Shown: piece by piece, positions 27,761 to 32,000 of the stretch | How positions within the stretch are numbered: position 1 is the stretch's first letter | Layout of the letters: each line of letters begins with the position of its first letter | NCBI RefSeq assembly: GCF_000283555.1 | Contig: NC_016012.1 | Coordinates: 870,001-902,000 of the forward strand | DNA length: 32,000 nt | DNA from: Candidatus Arthromitus sp. SFB-rat-Yit | GTDB lineage: Bacteria > Bacillota > Clostridia > Clostridiales > Clostridiaceae | Reading direction: 5' to 3' | Made by a program: the position numbers and the translations under genes | The notes under the pieces: model-generated | The model's input: the letters and a program-made list of their open reading frames with translations, nothing else | Told to the model about the DNA's origin: nothing | Databases searched by the model: none

Positions 27761-29239
27761 TTGAAAGGATGGTTTAAAACTTTGTATAAACTAGATCAAA
27801 ACAAAACACCAATTTTCGATTCACTAATGAATTATGTATATAATGACACGGTTCCATTCCACGTTCCTGGACATAAAAAAGGAATTGGTATACCTAATGA
27901 ATTTAAAAATTTTATTGGACAAAACGCATTTAAGATAGATGTTACAGTATTTAAATCAGTCGATAGTTTGCATCATCCTACATCGTCTATAAAAGAAGCA
28001 GAAGAATTAGTCGCAGATGCATATAATTCCGATCATTCATTTTTCTGTATAAACGGAACCACCGTTGCAATACAGGCAATGATAATGTCTTCAGTATCTA
28101 ATGGCGATAAAATATTAATCCCTAGGAATATCCATAAATCAATAACAGCTGGCATTATTTTAAGCGGTGCAATACCTATATACATGAATCCAGATATTGA
28201 TGAATTTCTTTCTATTTCACACGGAATATCGTTCAATACAGTAAAAGAATCTCTAGAAAATAATCCTGATGTTAAAGCAGTTTTATTAATAAATCCAACA
28301 TATTACGGAGTTTCAACTGATATTAAAAAGATCGCTGAACTCGTTCATTCATACAATATTCCATTACTTGTGGATGAAGCTCACGGTCCCCATTTAATTT
28401 TTAATGATAAATTGCCAATATGTGCCATGGATGCTGGAGCTGATATATGTGCTCAAAGTACTCACAAGATAACTTCTTCACTAACACAAGGATCATTCCT
28501 GCATGTAAAATCAAAATATATCGAATCATCAAGGGTAAGACAAAATTTGAATTTATTACAGACAACATCCCCATCATATATAATACTCGCATCTCTTGAC
28601 TGTACAAGAAAACAACTTGTATTTTCTGGAAGAGAATTACTAAATCATTCAATTGAACTTGCAAATTATGCAAGAAAAGAAATAAACAAAATAGACTCTT
28701 TCTACTGTTTTGGTGAAGAATTAAAGAATGATGAAGGATTTTTCACATTTGATCCAACAAAAATCACAATTAATTGTAGAAAACTTGGAATGAGTGGATA
28801 CGAACTTGAAAAAATACTTGCATCAAAATATAAGATTCAATTAGAAATGGCTGACGCATACAACGCATTAGCTGTTGGATCTTTCGGAGATACAAAAGAA
28901 AATATAGATAAATTAATAAATGCTCTCAAAGACATAAGAACAAATACTGAAAAAACAAAAACAAACACCTTTTCAATAACTGTACCTAAAATTCCTAAAC
29001 AAATTTATTCTCCAAGAGAAGCGTTTCAAGCAAATAAAACATCAGTTAAACTTAAAGAAAGTGTAGGAAAAATTAGTGGAGAATTTCTACTTGCATATCC
29101 TCCTGGAATTCCTGTTCTATGTCCAGGTGAAATAATTACAGACGAGATAATTGAATATATCGAACATATCAAATCTTTAGGCTTATTTGTTCAAGGCACT
29201 GAAGACCCTAAAATCGAAAATATCAAAATATTAAATTAA
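27761..29239 (+). CDS. Orn/Lys/Arg decarboxylase major-domain protein (SpeA/Cad type); in-frame TTG at 27782 is an alternative start
   Basis: LDQNKTPIFDSL, VPFHVPGHKKG, FCINGTTVAIQAM, DEAHGPHL, QSTHKITSSLTQGSFLH (PLP lysine), YPPGIPVLCPGE. Confidence 0.94.
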   Translation: MKGWFKTLYKLDQNKTPIFDSLMNYVYNDTVPFHVPGHKKGIGIPNEFKNFIGQNAFKIDVTVFKSVDSLHHPTSSIKEAEELVADAYNSDHSFFCINGTTVAIQAMIMSSVSNGDKILIPRNIHKSITAGIILSGAIPIYMNPDIDEFLSISHGISFNTVKESLENNPDVKAVLLINPTYYGVSTDIKKIAELVHSYNIPLLVDEAHGPHLIFNDKLPICAMDAGADICAQSTHKITSSLTQGSFLHVKSKYIESSRVRQNLNLLQTTSPSYIILASLDCTRKQLVFSGRELLNHSIELANYARKEINKIDSFYCFGEELKNDEGFFTFDPTKITINCRKLGMSGYELEKILASKYKIQLEMADAYNALAVGSFGDTKENIDKLINALKDIRTNTEKTKTNTFSITVPKIPKQIYSPREAFQANKTSVKLKESVGKISGEFLLAYPPGIPVLCPGEIITDEIIEYIEHIKSLGLFVQGTEDPKIENIKILN

Positions 29240-29248
29240 AAAATTAAA

Positions 29249-29275
29249 AGAGTCACATTTATCAAATGTGACTCT
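29249..29275. terminator. Hairpin downstream of the decarboxylase gene
   Basis: AGAGTCACATTT-ATC-AAATGTGACTCT, followed by AAATTTT. Confidence 0.65.
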
Positions 29276-29431
29276 AAATTTTCACTTTCAAACAATCACT
29301 TACCCTTAAAACTATTATTTAAAAAATAATTTAAAACTAAAATTTATAACTTAATTTGCAGCTCATCGAGGAGGGTGTAACCACCACAAAATATAACAAT
29401 TAATAACTGCTATTCCTCTATATATAATTTG

Positions 29432-29608
29432 CTATTTAAATTTTCTCTTTCTTGCGGCTTCAGATTTTTTCTTTCTCTTAACGCTTGGTTTAACATAATG
29501 TTCTCTTTTTTTAACTTCAGACAAAACCCCAGCTCTTGCACACTTTCTCTTAAATCTTTTTAATGCACTTTCCAAAGACTCATTTTCTCCAACTTTTATT
29601 TCAGACAT
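29432..29608 (-). CDS. rpsU: 30S ribosomal protein S21 (start moved to ATG 29608, SD GGAGGGA)
   Basis: [58 protein letters not shown]. Confidence 0.96.
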   Translation of the reverse strand: MSEIKVGENESLESALKRFKRKCARAGVLSEVKKREHYVKPSVKRKKKSEAARKRKFK

Positions 29609-29678
29609 ATATTTCCCTCCCTCCGCTAGTACAAAATACAAACCTTATACTCATTTTGGGTTAGCGATTTCATCTAGA

Positions 29679-29707
29679 ATTATACAATAAATAGTTTTTT
29701 ATGTCAA
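29679..29707 (-). promoter_or_regulatory. Consensus promoter for rpsU
   Basis: Minus strand TTGACA-TAAAAAACTATTTATTG(17)-TATAAT. Confidence 0.88.
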
Positions 29708-29811
29708 TAAAGAAAACTTCAAGTATAAATCAGTTTTCAAAACTATATTAAATGATTTAGGCTATAATTAATTATGTACTTTTTTTAAATTAATTATTAC
29801 ATTTATTAAAA

Positions 29812-30939
29812 TTATTTTTGAGAATTTAAAACATCTATTGGATTAAAATTATATGTTGCAGATGGATTGGAAAATATGAAATAAAATTCTTTAGATCCAT
29901 CAACAATATATTTCGCAATATTTACACCATCAACGTTTGACATATTCCTCGTCCTTCCGAGTTTTACAATTATATCAAAGAAATTCATACCACTTTTTAT
30001 TTCAGATAATTGAGATGAAGTTATAGCTCTAATTTTATTCCCTTTAGTTAATAACTCCGAATAAAATAAATTTAAATCAATCTTCTTGAAAATTATATTC
30101 ATTCCTTTAATTCTATCTAAAAATTCTGTATTGTCAGCAATATTCAAAACTATATTAACCATTCTTTGAGTTGTCTTATCTTTTTGATATAGAGAATTCC
30201 AGTAATTGAGTCCATCAGAATCAGCTTCTCTATTAAATAATACCTTATATATTTCACCAATAAATTGTTTATCAGAAAGCTTTCTAGCCTTAAATTCATC
30301 TAATTTTATAAATTCATTTATTAAATCTATTGCTCCTTTATCATGTGACGTCAATTGACCTTTCCAGTAATTAAATCCTTCGCTATCATAATTTCTTCCT
30401 AAAAGATACTTATATGCATCACTTATAAATTCCTCAAGATCACTTAACTTTTCTGGCTGTACTACGATCTCCTGCTTAAATTTTTTAAATAAAATTCCTA
30501 AATTATTTATCTCACTCATAAATTCTTCACTATGAGCCATATCATTAATCAATTTTAATCTTTCACTTTTTGATTCACTATCTCCCAATACAGAAACCCA
30601 ATAATCAAATCCATCTTGATCAGCTTCTCTATTTAATAACAACTCATAATTTTTATTTATAAATTCCTCATTAGACACATTAAGTTCATCAAACTCAGGC
30701 TGATCCAAAATTTGATTTAATAAATCCAAAACACCAATTTCTTCATTTAGTACCTTGTTTATCCAATAATATTTTCCTTCTTCATCAGCCTCTCTATTGA
30801 AAATTATTGAATATATATTTTCAACAATTTTATATAAATAATCTTCTTTTGTTTGAGCAAATGATGTGGTCGATCCTAAACATATTGATATTGATAGTAA
30901 ACTACCAAAAATAATTTTTTTAATATTATTCTTTCTCAT
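29812..30939 (-). CDS. Secreted protein with four DUF4214-like repeats (start moved to ATG 30939)
   Basis: Signal peptide MRKNNIKKIIFGSLLSISICLGSTTSFA; repeated (N)READxxGxxYW modules at four positions; C-terminal ~100 aa without obvious repeat. Confidence 0.85.
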   Translation of the reverse strand: MRKNNIKKIIFGSLLSISICLGSTTSFAQTKEDYLYKIVENIYSIIFNREADEEGKYYWINKVLNEEIGVLDLLNQILDQPEFDELNVSNEEFINKNYELLLNREADQDGFDYWVSVLGDSESKSERLKLINDMAHSEEFMSEINNLGILFKKFKQEIVVQPEKLSDLEEFISDAYKYLLGRNYDSEGFNYWKGQLTSHDKGAIDLINEFIKLDEFKARKLSDKQFIGEIYKVLFNREADSDGLNYWNSLYQKDKTTQRMVNIVLNIADNTEFLDRIKGMNIIFKKIDLNLFYSELLTKGNKIRAITSSQLSEIKSGMNFFDIIVKLGRTRNMSNVDGVNIAKYIVDGSKEFYFIFSNPSATYNFNPIDVLNSQK

Positions 30940-30966
30940 ATTTAACCCTTTCAAACTTGATGTCTA

Positions 30967-31308
30967 TTAACAAAATGTCGGTGAAAGCTCTTCTCCTCCA
31001 ACAATATGAAAATGTAAATGTTTTACAGATTGGAAAGCATGTCCTCCACAATTATTTACAACCCTGTATCCTGTTTCTTCTATATTAAGAATCTTAACTA
31101 TTTTCTTTATTGCCAGAAAAATATTCTCAATATATGAAATATTATTTTCATCAACATCATTTAAACTTTGAATATGTATCTTAGGAATCACAAGCACATG
31201 ATTAGCTGCAGAAGGGTAAATATCCTCAAATGCAATTACAAAATCATTTTCATAAATTATTTTACACGGAACTTCGCCTTGAATTATTTTACAAAATATA
31301 CATTCCAT
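30967..31308 (-). CDS. HIT family protein
   Basis: CIFCKIIQGEVPCKIIYEND, HVLVIPKIH, HLHFHIVGG. Confidence 0.95.
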   Translation of the reverse strand: MECIFCKIIQGEVPCKIIYENDFVIAFEDIYPSAANHVLVIPKIHIQSLNDVDENNISYIENIFLAIKKIVKILNIEETGYRVVNNCGGHAFQSVKHLHFHIVGGEELSPTFC

Positions 31309-31322
31309 ATTTATATATCCTC

Positions 31323-32000
31323 CTATTTTAAATGTTGTCCAATAAGATAATCATCTTTTAAATCAATGATATGTGTTGATACAATTTCCCCTAAATATTC
31401 TTTACCAGCATTTAAAACAACTTTTGTATAATTTTTTGTATATCCATAAACTCCACTACCATCTGAAATGGATGTACAATATAATACATCTAATGTTTGT
31501 CCTAAGTATTTCTTTTGAAAACCAAACTTGTTTACTTTATTAAGTTCTATAAGCTTTTTGCTTCTTTCATCTTTTATCCGTTCATCAACTTGGTTTTCCA
31601 TCTCAGCTGCCTTTGTTCCACTTCTTTTGCTATATTTAAACACATGCATATCTTGAAGTTTTATATTTTTCAAAAACTCATATGTTTCATTAAATTCACT
31701 ATCAGTTTCAGCTGGAAATCCAACTATAATATCAGTTGTTATACTAACATCATTAATTTCTCTTCTAAGATCTTCCACAACTCTCTTATAAAGAGCAACA
31801 TCATACTTCCGCCTCATTCTCTTTAATACTGAATCACATCCACTCTGGAGTGATAAATGAAAATGTGGCATAAATTTTTTAATTTTGCTGATTCTTACAA
31901 TAATTTCTGTCGTAAAAAATTCTGGATCAACTGATCCAACTCTAATTCTTTCAAGTCCATCTATCTCATCAAGCAGTTCTATTAAACTAACCAAATTAAT
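31323..32000 (-). CDS. mtaB: MtaB-type tRNA methylthiotransferase, C-terminal part (continues beyond window edge)
   Basis: RIRVGSVDPEFF, HLSLQSGCDSVLKRMRRKY, TDIIVGFPAETDSEF, HVFKYSKRSGTKAA, TRAM-like tail. Reading frame is open to position 32000. Confidence 0.9.
   Translation of the reverse strand: MNLVSLIELLDEIDGLERIRVGSVDPEFFTTEIIVRISKIKKFMPHFHLSLQSGCDSVLKRMRRKYDVALYKRVVEDLRREINDVSITTDIIVGFPAETDSEFNETYEFLKNIKLQDMHVFKYSKRSGTKAAEMENQVDERIKDERSKKLIELNKVNKFGFQKKYLGQTLDVLYCTSISDGSGVYGYTKNYTKVVLNAGKEYLGEIVSTHIIDLKDDYLIGQHLK

Noticed and set aside
1-32000. CRISPR array, prophage, transposon or retron
   Set aside because: No regularly spaced direct repeats, no cas, integrase, transposase, reverse transcriptase or phage structural motifs were seen on either strand.

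Overview
AT-rich, low-GC Gram-positive (Clostridia-like, anaerobic, probably spore-forming) chromosomal segment. Gene content and the recurring DUF4214-type secreted protein make a segmented-filamentous-bacterium-like host plausible, but I cannot prove this from the sequence. Core content: dcw genes (spoVD/ftsI-like N-terminus, ftsL, rsmH), a YmfH/YmfF-like M16 peptidase pair, a heterodimeric ABC exporter, [FeFe]-hydrogenase hydA convergent with hydE-hydG-hydF maturases, ychF, pdaA-like deacetylase, a small surface-glycan cluster, phosphoglucomutase, L25/Ctc, Orn/Lys/Arg decarboxylase, rpsU, a DUF4214 protein, HIT protein and mtaB. The accessory region is 4.7-8.15 kb. It holds an unannotated 97-nt tRNA-Sec (UCA anticodon) behind a perfect TTGACA-N17-TATAAT promoter, followed by four paralogous small secreted proteins, three on the minus strand and one divergent. 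One paralog carries a G9 tract in its signal-peptide codons. Loss or gain of one G meets a stop codon at once or within four codons, which is the signature of a phase-variable ON/OFF gene. The hydA/hydF junction has a perfect 15-bp palindrome holding both stop codons in its loop and encoding the same C-terminal peptide (KKKEN) on both strands.
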